Part shown: in pieces, positions 8,577 through 17,784 of the stretch | Position numbering within the stretch: position 1 is the stretch's first letter | Layout of the letters: every line of letters begins with the position of its first letter | NCBI GenBank assembly: GCA_944332695.1 | Contig: CALVKL010000002.1 | Span: 1-49,294, forward strand | Origin: an uncultured Bacilli bacterium | GTDB lineage: Bacteria; Bacillota_I; Bacilli_A; RF39; UBA660 | Reading direction: 5' to 3' | DNA length: 49,294 nt | The notes under the pieces: model-generated | What the model was told of the DNA's origin: nothing | What the model saw: only the letters and a program-made list of their open reading frames with translations | The model's database searches: none | Program-made: the position numbers and the translations under genes

Positions 8577-9198
8577 TAAAAAATATATGTTTTTAGCATA
8601 TATCTTGGTTATGAAACGGACTTTAACATGGTTAACCTTGTGTCTTAGGTCAAGTAGGATTTCCCTTATTTCTACTATCCGTTACCAGTATAGCAGTTCC
8701 CTTTTAAAGAAATAAGTATATCGTCACCGAATATACGACTTGATTGCCACTTAGTACACACTATAATCCCATATTATAATGACATTCTAGGAGATTTCCT
8801 CAAACAAGTTATTCAATATTAATTCTTTTTTGCAAATGTAGTTTCAAATCACAATACTTAAATAATTTGGCCGAATTTTTTAAGTAGAACTAATTATCCC
8901 CTACACTCACTCAAGACAAGCTACACTACCCATAACTTTCGCCACCTGGTAGGTTTAATCCAAATTCGTAACAAGTCCAATCAACAATGCGTATATAGGC
9001 TTATTACAATATAAGGTCTCCACTAAATATTGGGTCATTTTCGTATGCCGTTACGGATGCCCAATATCTAATTCTTCCAGCATCCACCCCAAACTGGGCG
9101 TATGAAGCAGACACCAAAAGCTTCATCGATGTGCTCTTTAATGGTATTTTAACCCCATCCTCATAAAGAATTTCTTGACTAGAATAATGTGCCATTCA
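8577..9198 (-). ncRNA. ole: Large structured non-coding RNA, OLE (ornate, large, extremophilic) RNA candidate, about 620 nt
   Basis: ORF-free and G+C-enriched: 22/60 G+C in 9001-9060 and 28/60 in 9061-9120, versus 9/60 in 9541-9600 (hand counts). It has its own promoter (9206-9234) and a terminal hairpin plus T6 (8577-8603). Several GC-rich complementary segments are visible. The synteny xseA-xseB-[RNA]-[4-TM protein]...spoIVB matches the published OLE/oapA locus. Confidence 0.72.
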
Positions 9199-9205
9199 TA
9201 AGTAA

Positions 9206-9234
9206 ATGATAACATATTTAACAAAATTTGTCAA
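9206..9234 (-). promoter_or_regulatory. SigmaA-type promoter of the large ncRNA
   Basis: Minus strand: TTGACA (9229-9234), 17-bp spacer, TGT-TATCAT extended -10 (9206-9214). A second TTGACA lies at 9240-9245. Confidence 0.65.
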
Positions 9235-9290
9235 ATTTATGTCAAATACTATATGTTATATATATTTTTTACTAAAAAACCGATTATATA

Positions 9291-9322
9291 CAAAAAAGAC
9301 TTATTCTTCTACTTCTAAGTCT
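9291..9322 (-). terminator. Intrinsic terminator overlapping the end of xseB
   Basis: AGACTTA (9297-9303) pairs with TAAGTCT (9316-9322). A T6 run follows on the minus strand (plus-strand A-run 9292-9296). Confidence 0.55.
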
Positions 9323-9510
9323 TCTAATTGTCCATTTTCAGTAACAATTTTATTGATATTTTCTTCAATATTTTTAAGTTGTTCATCACATTCTTTAATA
9401 ATTTTCATAGCTTCGCTATATTTATTAATTGAATCTTCTAAATCGCTATTATCATTTTCTAAATTAGCTACAATACTTTCTAATTTTTTTATTTTTTCCT
9501 CAAATTTCAT
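9301..9510 (-). CDS. xseB: Exodeoxyribonuclease VII small subunit
   Basis: 69-aa coiled-coil protein ([14 protein letters not shown]....LE.S...Y..) overlapping the end of xseA. Confidence 0.88.
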   Translation of the reverse strand: MKFEEKIKKLESIVANLENDNSDLEDSINKYSEAMKIIKECDEQLKNIEENINKIVTENGQLEDLEVEE

Positions 9511-10837
9511 TGTTTATCTCCTTTACTTTAACTATTAAATATCCATCATTTAAACGAATATTTAAAATGTCATCTTTTTTTATTTTTTTAATACTTTTAA
9601 TAATCTTATTGTTTTGATAAGTTAAACTATATCCTCGTTTTAAAACCTTTAAAGGATTAATTAAATTTAATTGATCGATTAAATTGTTTAGTTTATTATG
9701 ACTATTTTCTAATTTTAATACAATAATTTTATTTAAGTTATCTTTAATTAAATTTATTTTTTCTTTATTTTTTTCATATAAAACTTTAGGATTAGACAAA
9801 ATATAAGAGTTTTTTAAATTATCTAAATATAGTTTATTTAGTTCAATTTTTTTAAGTACTAGTTCATTAATACGATTATTTAATAAATCTAATTTTTGTT
9901 TTTTATTTTCATAAATAATTAAAGGATTTTTTAAAACATATGAACTTTTTAAACTATCTAAGTATAATTTTTTAATATTTATTTGTTTTAATATACTTGA
10001 ACTTAATCTGATTTTCAATTGATTAAGATATTTATTTAAATCAACTAAATTAGGAACTGCCATTTCGGCTGCACCAGTTGGTGTGGGAGCACGTAAATCG
10101 GCAACAAAATCTGCAATGGTGAAATCAACCTCGTGCCCAACAGCGCTTATAATAGGTACTTTGGAATCGAAAATCGCTCGAGCTACTATTTCTTCATTAA
10201 AAGGCCATAAATCTTCGATTGAGCCTCCACCTCGACCAACAATTAAAACATCTAAATCAAAAGTATTGGCAAGTTTGATGTTTTTAACGATATCTTTACT
10301 TGCATTTTCACCTTGAACCAAGCTAGGAAATAAAATAACTTGTCCGATGGGATATCTTCTTTTTATTGTTGAAATAATATCTTTAATGGCAGCTCCTGTA
10401 TTCGCTGTAATAACACCGATTTTGTTAGGATATTTAGGTATTGGTTTTTTATATTTATTATCAAACAAACCTTCACTAGCCAATTGTTTTTTTAATTTTT
10501 CAAAAGCAATATATAAATTACCAACACCATCTTCTTGCATTTCTTCAACGTAGATTTGATAATTACCAGTTGCTTCATAAACACTTATTCGACCACTAAT
10601 CAATACCTTAGTTCCATCAGTAGGATTAAAGTTTATTTTTTTAGCGTTATTATTAAACATAATAGCATTAATTTTACTAGTTTCATCTTTGATTGAAAAG
10701 TATAAATGTCCTGTTGAATGAGCTTTAAAATTTGATATTTCACCTTTAATAAATACTTTTTGTAAATTAGTATCCAGATCGATTACATGTTTAATGTATC
10801 TATTTATAACACTAACAGTTAAATATTTATCATTCAT
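9500..10837 (-). CDS. xseA: Exodeoxyribonuclease VII large subunit
   Basis: N-terminal OB fold ([13 protein letters not shown]...[24 protein letters not shown]) and catalytic core ([15 protein letters not shown]...[15 protein letters not shown]). Confidence 0.93.
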   Translation of the reverse strand: MNDKYLTVSVINRYIKHVIDLDTNLQKVFIKGEISNFKAHSTGHLYFSIKDETSKINAIMFNNNAKKINFNPTDGTKVLISGRISVYEATGNYQIYVEEMQEDGVGNLYIAFEKLKKQLASEGLFDNKYKKPIPKYPNKIGVITANTGAAIKDIISTIKRRYPIGQVILFPSLVQGENASKDIVKNIKLANTFDLDVLIVGRGGGSIEDLWPFNEEIVARAIFDSKVPIISAVGHEVDFTIADFVADLRAPTPTGAAEMAVPNLVDLNKYLNQLKIRLSSSILKQINIKKLYLDSLKSSYVLKNPLIIYENKKQKLDLLNNRINELVLKKIELNKLYLDNLKNSYILSNPKVLYEKNKEKINLIKDNLNKIIVLKLENSHNKLNNLIDQLNLINPLKVLKRGYSLTYQNNKIIKSIKKIKKDDILNIRLNDGYLIVKVKEINNEI

Positions 10838-11243
10838 GATCTATCATCTCATGATATATCTTATCTAAAACAGCATTTATCATTTTAGTAACACTTTCAT
10901 CACTATAAGTTTTAGCTAATTCAATTGCTTCATTTATAGCAACAATATTAGGAGTCTTAGTATATAATAATTCATAAATACTCATTCTTAAAATAGCAAT
11001 ATCTGTGTTGCCTAATCGATCAATTGTCCAGTTATTTAAATATTTATTAGCAATGCTATCTAAATCATTTTGATATGTTAAAACGCCATATACTATATCT
11101 TTTACAAATTCATTATCAACTTTTAAATTTTCTTTAATAACTTCTTCAACATCATAAATCATTTTATTTTTTTCATAAACAATAATTTGATAAAGAATTG
11201 TCATTATAATTTTTCTTGCTTCACTTCTATTTAATTGTTCCAT
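10830..11243 (-). CDS. nusB: Transcription antitermination factor NusB
   Basis: [14 protein letters not shown]... and [12 protein letters not shown]...[13 protein letters not shown] prefer the ATG at 11243 ([11 protein letters not shown]), preceded by AAGAGGT. The track start at 11339 adds an implausible hydrophobic extension. Confidence 0.88.
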   Translation of the reverse strand: MEQLNRSEARKIIMTILYQIIVYEKNKMIYDVEEVIKENLKVDNEFVKDIVYGVLTYQNDLDSIANKYLNNWTIDRLGNTDIAILRMSIYELLYTKTPNIVAINEAIELAKTYSDESVTKMINAVLDKIYHEMIDHE

Positions 11244-11359
11244 ATTAATTACCTCTTTTTTCATCATATTCATTATATCACGAAATATACCGATTACAAA
11301 GATTAAAATATAAATTAATTTAATATATATATCAAACAAAAAATATTAACTAAATATAA

Positions 11360-13900
11360 TTAATATTTTTTGATTTTCTCTTTTAGTTGATATAAAAAAT
11401 TAATTGCTTCAAGAGGAGTCATTTCTAAAGGATTAATAGCTTTAAGTTCTTTTTCAATTATTGACTCTTCTTTTACTAAATCATCAAGTGGTAAAGATTC
11501 TTGAATAATAATATCTCTTTTTTGTTCTTTTTTTTCATATACACTTAAAATTTGACTAGCTCTATTAATTAAATCAGTTGGTAAATTAGCTAGTTTAGCA
11601 ACATGAATACCATAACTTTTATCAATACTGCCAATTTTAATTTTATGAAGAAAAGTAATGTTTTCATTTTCTTCTTTTGCCGAAACATGAATGTTTTTAA
11701 GATTTTTTAAATTATTTTCTAAATCAGTTAGTTCATGATAATGCGTTGAAAATAATGTTTTACATTTTATGTTATCATGAATATATTCAATAATTGCTTG
11801 CGCTAAAGCCATACCATCAAAAGTTGCAGTTCCACGCCCTAATTCATCAAATAAAATTAAAGAATTACTAGTAGCATTACTAATGGCATTATTAGCTTCT
11901 TTCATTTCAACCATGAAAGTTGATTCGCCACTTACTAAATCATCACTAGCGCCAATTCTAGTAAATATAGCATCAAAAATTGGTAAAGTTGCCTCTTTAG
12001 CTGGGACAAAGCATCCAATTTGAGCCATAATAACAGTAATTGCTAATTGTCGCATATAAGTAGATTTACCAGCCATATTAGGACCAGTTATTAATAAAAT
12101 ATTGGTTTTTTCATCCATAATAATGTCATTAGGGACATATTCTGTTTCAATTACTTGTTCAACTACAGGATGACGATTATCAATAATTTTAATAACTCGA
12201 TCATTAGTTAAATTAGGTCTAACATAATTGTTATTTGAAGAAACATTAGCAAAAGATTGTAGACAATCAATTTCACTAATAACTTTAGAAATATATTGTA
12301 ATTTAGGAATATAATTTTTAACTTTATCTCTAATATCACAGAATAATTGGTATTCTAAGTCAATTATTTTTTCTTCAGCATTTAAAATTAAATTTTCTTT
12401 TTCTTTTAGGATAGGACTAATATATCGTTCACAATTAGATAAAGTTTGTTTTCTTTCATACCCATATTCGTCTTTAATTAAACTAATATTGCCTTTAGAT
12501 ATTTCAATGTAATAACCAAATACTTTATTATAGCCAACTTTTAAATTTTTAATGCCTGTTCTTTCTTTTTCTTCATTTTCAAACTTAGCGATAAAATCTT
12601 TACCGCCTTTACGCAATTCTTTTAGTTCATCTAATTCTTTATTATATCCTTCTTTTATAATATATCCTTCTTTAATAGTAACGGGAGGATTTTCATAGAT
12701 ACTTTCTTCTAATAAATTATACAAATCTTCTAAAATTTCAATATTTTTATAAAAATTAATTTTAGTTAAAATATCTTTAATGTAAGGTAATACTTTTAAA
12801 GAATTTTTAAGTTGTAGCATATCTCTAGCGGTAGCTGATCCAAAGGCAATTCTACCTGATAATCTTTCTAAATCATAAACTTCTAATAAATATTTTTCTA
12901 AATCACTAGTCAAAATAAATTCTTCTAATAATTTTTCAATACAATTATATCTTCTTTCAATTTCTTTTTTATCGATTAAAGGATTTTCAATAAAATTTTT
13001 AAGTAATCTTGAGCCCATCGCGGTTTTGGTTTTATCTAATAGCCAAATCAAAGAATGATTTCTTTGTTTTAACCTTAATGTTTCTGTTAATTCAAGATTG
13101 CGTTTAGTATGAATATCCATTTTTAAATAATTTTTAGTTTCCCTTAAAACAGCTTTTTGTAAATGAGATAAATCTCTAAATTGGGTACGATCAATATAAC
13201 TTAATAAATATTTTATTACTTCTACTAATCTAACATCAGATATATCTTCACAAACATAATCATATTTAATTAAATCTTCTTTTTTATCAAATAAAGAAAC
13301 AGTTATTTTAAAATTATTTTTTAATAATGAATAAATATCTTTATTAAATGATTCACTAACAACAACTTCTTTTATACCAATGCTTACTATTTCGCTTACT
13401 AATTTAGTATTATTATGTTCTAATAAAAAGGTATAAATTGAACCAGTTGTTATATCACTATAACAAACAGCATATCCATAATTAAAATCAATTATTGCTC
13501 CTATATAGTTATTTTCTTTTTCATTTAATGATTCATTAAACAAAGTGCCACTACTTACAATTTGAACCATACCTCTTTTAACAATTCCTTTAACAGTTTT
13601 AGGATCTTCTAATTGTTCGCAAATGCCAACTTTATATCCTTTATTAACTAGTTTATCAATATAAATATTAGCGGAATGATAAGGAACTCCACACATAGGT
13701 ATGCGTTCATCTAAACCGGCTGATTTACCAGTTAAAGTAAGTTCTAATTCATGAGAAACGGTAATTGCATCCTCAAAAAACATTTCGTAAAAATCTCCCA
13801 ACCGATAAAATACAATTATATCTTTATTTTGTTTTTTTGTTTCAATATATTGACGCATCATCGGTGTCACTTTATTGATATCAACACTATCTAAAGTCAT
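11360..13900 (-). CDS. mutS: DNA mismatch repair protein MutS
   Basis: TPMMRQYIETK, mismatch-binding GDFYEMF, Walker A TGPNMAGKSTYMRQ, and STHYHEL. Confidence 0.95.
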   Translation of the reverse strand: MTLDSVDINKVTPMMRQYIETKKQNKDIIVFYRLGDFYEMFFEDAITVSHELELTLTGKSAGLDERIPMCGVPYHSANIYIDKLVNKGYKVGICEQLEDPKTVKGIVKRGMVQIVSSGTLFNESLNEKENNYIGAIIDFNYGYAVCYSDITTGSIYTFLLEHNNTKLVSEIVSIGIKEVVVSESFNKDIYSLLKNNFKITVSLFDKKEDLIKYDYVCEDISDVRLVEVIKYLLSYIDRTQFRDLSHLQKAVLRETKNYLKMDIHTKRNLELTETLRLKQRNHSLIWLLDKTKTAMGSRLLKNFIENPLIDKKEIERRYNCIEKLLEEFILTSDLEKYLLEVYDLERLSGRIAFGSATARDMLQLKNSLKVLPYIKDILTKINFYKNIEILEDLYNLLEESIYENPPVTIKEGYIIKEGYNKELDELKELRKGGKDFIAKFENEEKERTGIKNLKVGYNKVFGYYIEISKGNISLIKDEYGYERKQTLSNCERYISPILKEKENLILNAEEKIIDLEYQLFCDIRDKVKNYIPKLQYISKVISEIDCLQSFANVSSNNNYVRPNLTNDRVIKIIDNRHPVVEQVIETEYVPNDIIMDEKTNILLITGPNMAGKSTYMRQLAITVIMAQIGCFVPAKEATLPIFDAIFTRIGASDDLVSGESTFMVEMKEANNAISNATSNSLILFDELGRGTATFDGMALAQAIIEYIHDNIKCKTLFSTHYHELTDLENNLKNLKNIHVSAKEENENITFLHKIKIGSIDKSYGIHVAKLANLPTDLINRASQILSVYEKKEQKRDIIIQESLPLDDLVKEESIIEKELKAINPLEMTPLEAINFLYQLKEKIKKY

Positions 13901-13935
13901 TTACATCACCACTTATATATTTTACCAAAATTTTC

Positions 13936-13966
13936 AAATAAAAAAAAGCTTTACTCTAGCTTTTTT
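13936..13966 (-). terminator. Intrinsic terminator after the 225-aa coiled-coil gene
   Basis: AAAAGCT (13944-13950) pairs with AGCTTTT (13958-13964). A long T-run follows on the minus strand. Confidence 0.55.
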
Positions 13967-13985
13967 AAACAGTTTGTTATCTATA

Positions 13986-14663
13986 CTAAATTATATCATT
14001 AAAAGATAATTTTTTTTGAAAACCGTTATTTTTTTTATCAATATCATATTGCCTATTTAATTCGATTTCGTATTGAATAAGAAATTTTTCGCGCATAAAT
14101 TCAATTATTTTAATATCTTCATTTAAACTGTTTTTTCTACTTATACATTCTAAAATTGATAAATTTAGATTAGAAATTAAAGCGTTAATTTTAGAAATTT
14201 CAATCGTTGTTTTTCGTTCTTTCTCTATAATATTTTTATTTTCATCGTCTAGTTTTTCTAGGGTAATATTATTAAAAGATTTTTGAATTTCTTCTATACG
14301 TTTGTTAAAGTTATTTGCCAATTTAATATCTGTAACGATATTGGCAACCAAAGCTAAACAGGCTAAAACAAATAAATTATTTAAAGCACAAATAACGCCA
14401 CAAGTTAAAGATAAAAATAACATACTTGTTCCAATAATTATATTAACTCGTTTTAACTCACGTCTAAATTTTGGGAAATTATTTATTTTTGTTTTTAAAT
14501 TCTCATTTTCCTTTTGTTTAGCTGATAATTCAGTAAGTATGGTTTCTTTTTTTTCTTTTTCTTCTTTTAAATTCTGAATCGAATTTCTATTCAAAATAAT
14601 AGTTTGTTCTATTTCATCAATCTCACCTTTTAAAGATTTAATTTTTTCTAAATATTTATCCAT
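13986..14663 (-). CDS. Hypothetical coiled-coil membrane protein
   Basis: 225 aa. Heptad-rich, charged N- and C-terminal halves flank a central hydrophobic hairpin (IIIGTSMLFLSLTCGVICALNNLFVLACLALVANIV). I recognise no family. Confidence 0.5.
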   Translation of the reverse strand: MDKYLEKIKSLKGEIDEIEQTIILNRNSIQNLKEEKEKKETILTELSAKQKENENLKTKINNFPKFRRELKRVNIIIGTSMLFLSLTCGVICALNNLFVLACLALVANIVTDIKLANNFNKRIEEIQKSFNNITLEKLDDENKNIIEKERKTTIEISKINALISNLNLSILECISRKNSLNEDIKIIEFMREKFLIQYEIELNRQYDIDKKNNGFQKKLSFNDII

Positions 14664-14687
14664 TATTTCAGACCTTTCATTGCTAAA

Positions 14688-15686
14688 TTATAAATTATTT
14701 AAATATTCAATAGCTTCATCAAAATGTTCTATTTTAACTAATTCTATATTAAAATTATTTTCTGTTACAGTTTTTAAAGCTTCTTCATAATTTTCTGTTG
14801 GTACAAAAAATATATCAGCGTTTTCTTTAACTGCTGCTTTTATTTTATATTTAATTCCCCCAATAACGCCAACATTGCCTAATTCATCAATTGTTCCTGT
14901 TCCTACTATTTTTAATCCTTTAGTAAAATCCTTCTCAGTTAAATAATCGTATATCGATAAACTCATCATGAAGCCACCGGAAGGTCCTGATTCAGATTCT
15001 TCAAAATTAATCGAAATATCTTTAGAAGTTATAACTTCTTTTGTTTCACTAACCATTATTCCAATTAAATAATCATCACCGATTTTTACTTTATTGGCTG
15101 TTCTTGTATATTCTACCCCGTTATTAATAACTTTAATTTTTAATGAATCGTGATTTTTGATTGCGTTTAAAGCTTCTTCTTTGCTAGATATCTTTATACC
15201 GTTAATTTCAATTATTTTATCACCTATTTTTAAATCAGTATTAGCTTCTTCATATACATAAATAACATTAACTTCCCGATTTTTAATTTCATAATCAATT
15301 CCCGCTTTATCAAAAGCTACCATAATTGCATTTTGATTTGCTTCTTTCAATAGTAATTTGTTTCGATAATTATTTTCTTCGATCGTCTCATTAGAAGCAA
15401 CTACTTCTTCTTTCTTGATAATATCCCAATCATCATTAAAATAAGCAAAAATTAAAGTAGGAATAGTTGCTTTAAATTCTGAAATATAAGCTAAATTTAA
15501 AGAGCCATTTATACTATAACCATCTTCTACTTCTAGCCTTTCAGATACATCAATTAATCCTCCTGGTGTATCTATATAATAAGGTAGTTCAAAAGTGGCA
15601 ATAAAAAAACAAAATATTAATATTAATATAAATTTATAATTTTCTTTTAAAAATTCTTTGGTTTTAACATATATTTTATTAAACAT
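14688..15686 (-). CDS. ylbL: YlbL/SepM-type PDZ plus Lon-like (S16) serine protease
   Basis: N-terminal TM helix, PDZ segment (LKIGDKIIEINGIKI), Lon-type catalytic Ser context SGPSGGFMMSL and Lys context IGGIKYKIKAA. Adjacent to ylbJ, as in Bacillus. Confidence 0.8.
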   Translation of the reverse strand: MFNKIYVKTKEFLKENYKFILILIFCFFIATFELPYYIDTPGGLIDVSERLEVEDGYSINGSLNLAYISEFKATIPTLIFAYFNDDWDIIKKEEVVASNETIEENNYRNKLLLKEANQNAIMVAFDKAGIDYEIKNREVNVIYVYEEANTDLKIGDKIIEINGIKISSKEEALNAIKNHDSLKIKVINNGVEYTRTANKVKIGDDYLIGIMVSETKEVITSKDISINFEESESGPSGGFMMSLSIYDYLTEKDFTKGLKIVGTGTIDELGNVGVIGGIKYKIKAAVKENADIFFVPTENYEEALKTVTENNFNIELVKIEHFDEAIEYLNNL

Positions 15687-15706
15687 TTTCTCCCTCCTTA
15701 AGGATC

Positions 15707-16681
15707 GTGATTAATTTGAAAAAAATATTATGTAGTATTTTTATTATGATATGTTTAATTGTTTGTGGTTATGAAATATTGAGTGAATCAAAAACAATTA
15801 TGGATGCGGTTAATTTTTCACTTAATATTTGGATTAACAATATTTTTCCTTCATTATTTCCTTTTTTTGTTTTATCCGAAATACTAATAAACTATGGTTT
15901 TATTGAACTAATTGGTGAATTATTTAAGCCATTATTTGAAAAACTATTTAAAATAAATGGAAATGCTGCATTTATCTTTATTATGAGTTTAATTTCAGGA
16001 ACGCCAGGTAATGCAAAATACACTAGAGAACTATACTTACAAAACAAACTAAATAAAGATGAGGCTTCCAAAATATTGATGTTTAGTCATTTTACTAATC
16101 CTTTATTCATTTTGGGAACTATATCAATAACTTTTTTAAATGATAAAAAATTAGGAATAATCATTATGATTTCTGAGTATTTAAGTAATATAATAATTGG
16201 ACTATTATTTAGAAATTATAAACCAAGTAAAATAACTAATGATAATTTTTCAATAAAAAAAGCCATTTTACAAATGCATTATAAAAGAATAAATAATAAT
16301 AATAAATTTGGTACGATTATTACTAATTCTTTAGTTAATAGTATTAATACGTTATTATTAATATTAGGTGTTATAACAACATTTTTAATTATATCTACTA
16401 TTATTGATAATAATTTTCAATTATCTTTATTAAATAAATCATTAATTAGCGGTTTTTTAGAAATGACACAAGGATTAAAACACATTAGTTTATTAAATGT
16501 ATCTAATAATTACAAAGCATTATTAATTTGCTTAGTAATATCTTTTGGTGGATTGTCGGTTCATACCCAAGTTTTAAGTATTATAAGTGATACTGAGATT
16601 AAATATAACCCTTTTTTAATTGCTCGTATTATTCACGCTTGTTTATCATTTTTAATATGTTATATTATACTTATGCTGTAA
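15707..16681 (+). CDS. ylbJ: Sporulation integral membrane protein YlbJ-like (nucleoside-recognition domain family)
   Basis: Polytopic membrane protein with the PSLFPFFVLSEIL and GTPGNA motifs typical of YlbJ. It is divergent from ylbL with a 20-bp gap. The track start at 15707 is a GTG, and the start is uncertain. Confidence 0.65.
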   Translation: MINLKKILCSIFIMICLIVCGYEILSESKTIMDAVNFSLNIWINNIFPSLFPFFVLSEILINYGFIELIGELFKPLFEKLFKINGNAAFIFIMSLISGTPGNAKYTRELYLQNKLNKDEASKILMFSHFTNPLFILGTISITFLNDKKLGIIIMISEYLSNIIIGLLFRNYKPSKITNDNFSIKKAILQMHYKRINNNNKFGTIITNSLVNSINTLLLILGVITTFLIISTIIDNNFQLSLLNKSLISGFLEMTQGLKHISLLNVSNNYKALLICLVISFGGLSVHTQVLSIISDTEIKYNPFLIARIIHACLSFLICYIILML

Positions 16682-17204
16682 AACTAACAGCGGAAAGATT
16701 ATATATTTTATCATTAAATTGATATATAGTCTTAATAATATAGTCTTGATTTTTTATTTTGTCATTATATATTGGTATTTCAATAATTAATAAGCTATTA
16801 TTATTATTGTCTTTAAAAATAGCCGCCTTAACAATACTTACTTTGGCATTTTTGATGTAACTTCCATCAGGTAAATTTGTTTTATAATTTTCAAACTCAA
16901 TTGTATTATTATCATAATCAATAGTTAAGGTACTATTAGAGCCATCTTCATATAAAAAATCAACACAATAAGATCCACATTTACTTAATGAAACAATAGT
17001 TTTATTACTAAACTTCTTATTTATTTGATTGCTGATTATTGATTGCTTATTTAACAATTCCGTTTTTAAATTACTTATGGTATATAAATTTTTTAAATGT
17101 ATTACTATTTGAAATAAAAACATGACAATTACCAATACTAAAGAAAATGAAACAATTAATTCAATAACGGTGAAACCTTTTTTCATTTTGCTGTCTCCTT
17201 TCAT
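16671..17204 (-). CDS. Prepilin-type N-terminal cleavage/methylation domain protein (minor pseudopilin)
   Basis: N-terminus MKKG/FTVIELIVSFSLVLVIV: G-F cleavage site, Glu at +5, then a hydrophobic helix. Confidence 0.75.
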   Translation of the reverse strand: MKGDSKMKKGFTVIELIVSFSLVLVIVMFLFQIVIHLKNLYTISNLKTELLNKQSIISNQINKKFSNKTIVSLSKCGSYCVDFLYEDGSNSTLTIDYDNNTIEFENYKTNLPDGSYIKNAKVSIVKAAIFKDNNNNSLLIIEIPIYNDKIKNQDYIIKTIYQFNDKIYNLSAVSFTA

Positions 17205-17689
17205 ATTTTAATTTTTAAAGTAGCATAAGTTTCATTATTAAATTCGACAATTAGCCGATAATTTGTTTTATTAGTATTATTGATATTTTTAATATATTTT
17301 TTCATTTTCTCACTAAAACTAGTATTACTAATATTATTTTTTAAACTGGATATATTTTCATTAGTAAATATAATTGTTTTAATATTAGAATATTTAAATA
17401 ATGTTTCACAATAAATGTATTCAGTAAAATATGAATTAGGACAAGCGGTTATATCAATATAGTCTTTACCATTTAAATCTTTAATTAGTTCATTTAATCC
17501 ATCAGAAAATATATAATCTCTAACATTTTCTAATAAATATAATTCATTAACATTATTATAATCAAATGTTTTCTTATAGTTATTACTAATTATAATAAAT
17601 TGATTATAAATAATTACTAGACTAATTAAGACAACAGTTGAAATAGCTATTGTTTCAGCTAAAATAAAACCATTTTTATTTTTTTTCAT
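17201..17689 (-). CDS. Pseudopilin-like protein with a prepilin-type leader
   Basis: N-terminus MKKNKNG/FILAETIAISTVVLISLVI: G-F, Glu at +5, then a hydrophobic helix. Overlaps the next pseudopilin gene by 4 nt. Confidence 0.65.
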   Translation of the reverse strand: MKKNKNGFILAETIAISTVVLISLVIIYNQFIIISNNYKKTFDYNNVNELYLLENVRDYIFSDGLNELIKDLNGKDYIDITACPNSYFTEYIYCETLFKYSNIKTIIFTNENISSLKNNISNTSFSEKMKKYIKNINNTNKTNYRLIVEFNNETYATLKIKI

Positions 17690-17707
17690 AAATTATCTCC
17701 TTTTAGC

Positions 17708-17736
17708 TTGAATTTATCTTAAATATATTATATAAT
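17708..17736 (+). promoter_or_regulatory. SigmaA-type promoter of the secretion ATPase gene
   Basis: TTGAAT (17708-17713), 17-bp spacer, TATAAT (17731-17736). The RBS AAAGGGG lies before ATG 17785. Confidence 0.6.
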
Positions 17737-17784
17737 ACTTTTAGAATAAAATCTAGTCTTAAAGATACAAAAGGGGTTGAAATT

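Noticed and set aside
9004-9195. 63-aa minus-strand ORF (MAHYSSQEILYEDG...) inside the xseB-oapA gap
   Set aside because: It has no RBS, an unremarkable composition, and lies wholly inside the GC-rich structured-RNA candidate. It begins only a few nt from the predicted transcription start. It is best explained as a chance frame in a non-coding RNA.
8577-9198. Alternative identities for the large RNA: RNase P RNA, tmRNA, group II intron
   Set aside because: GAGGAAAUCUCC superficially resembles the RNase P GAGGAAAGUCC box. However, the other universal RNase P elements (for example the ACAGAA...GGCUUACAGAA 3' region) are absent and the length is wrong. There is no tRNA-like 5'/3' pairing or tag ORF as in tmRNA. 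There is no intron-encoded reverse transcriptase or flanking split gene. Synteny favours OLE.
9206-9538. 110-aa plus-strand ORF
   Set aside because: It is antisense to xseB and to the ncRNA promoter, and has a low-complexity Ser/Leu/Phe-rich composition typical of AT-rich antisense frames.
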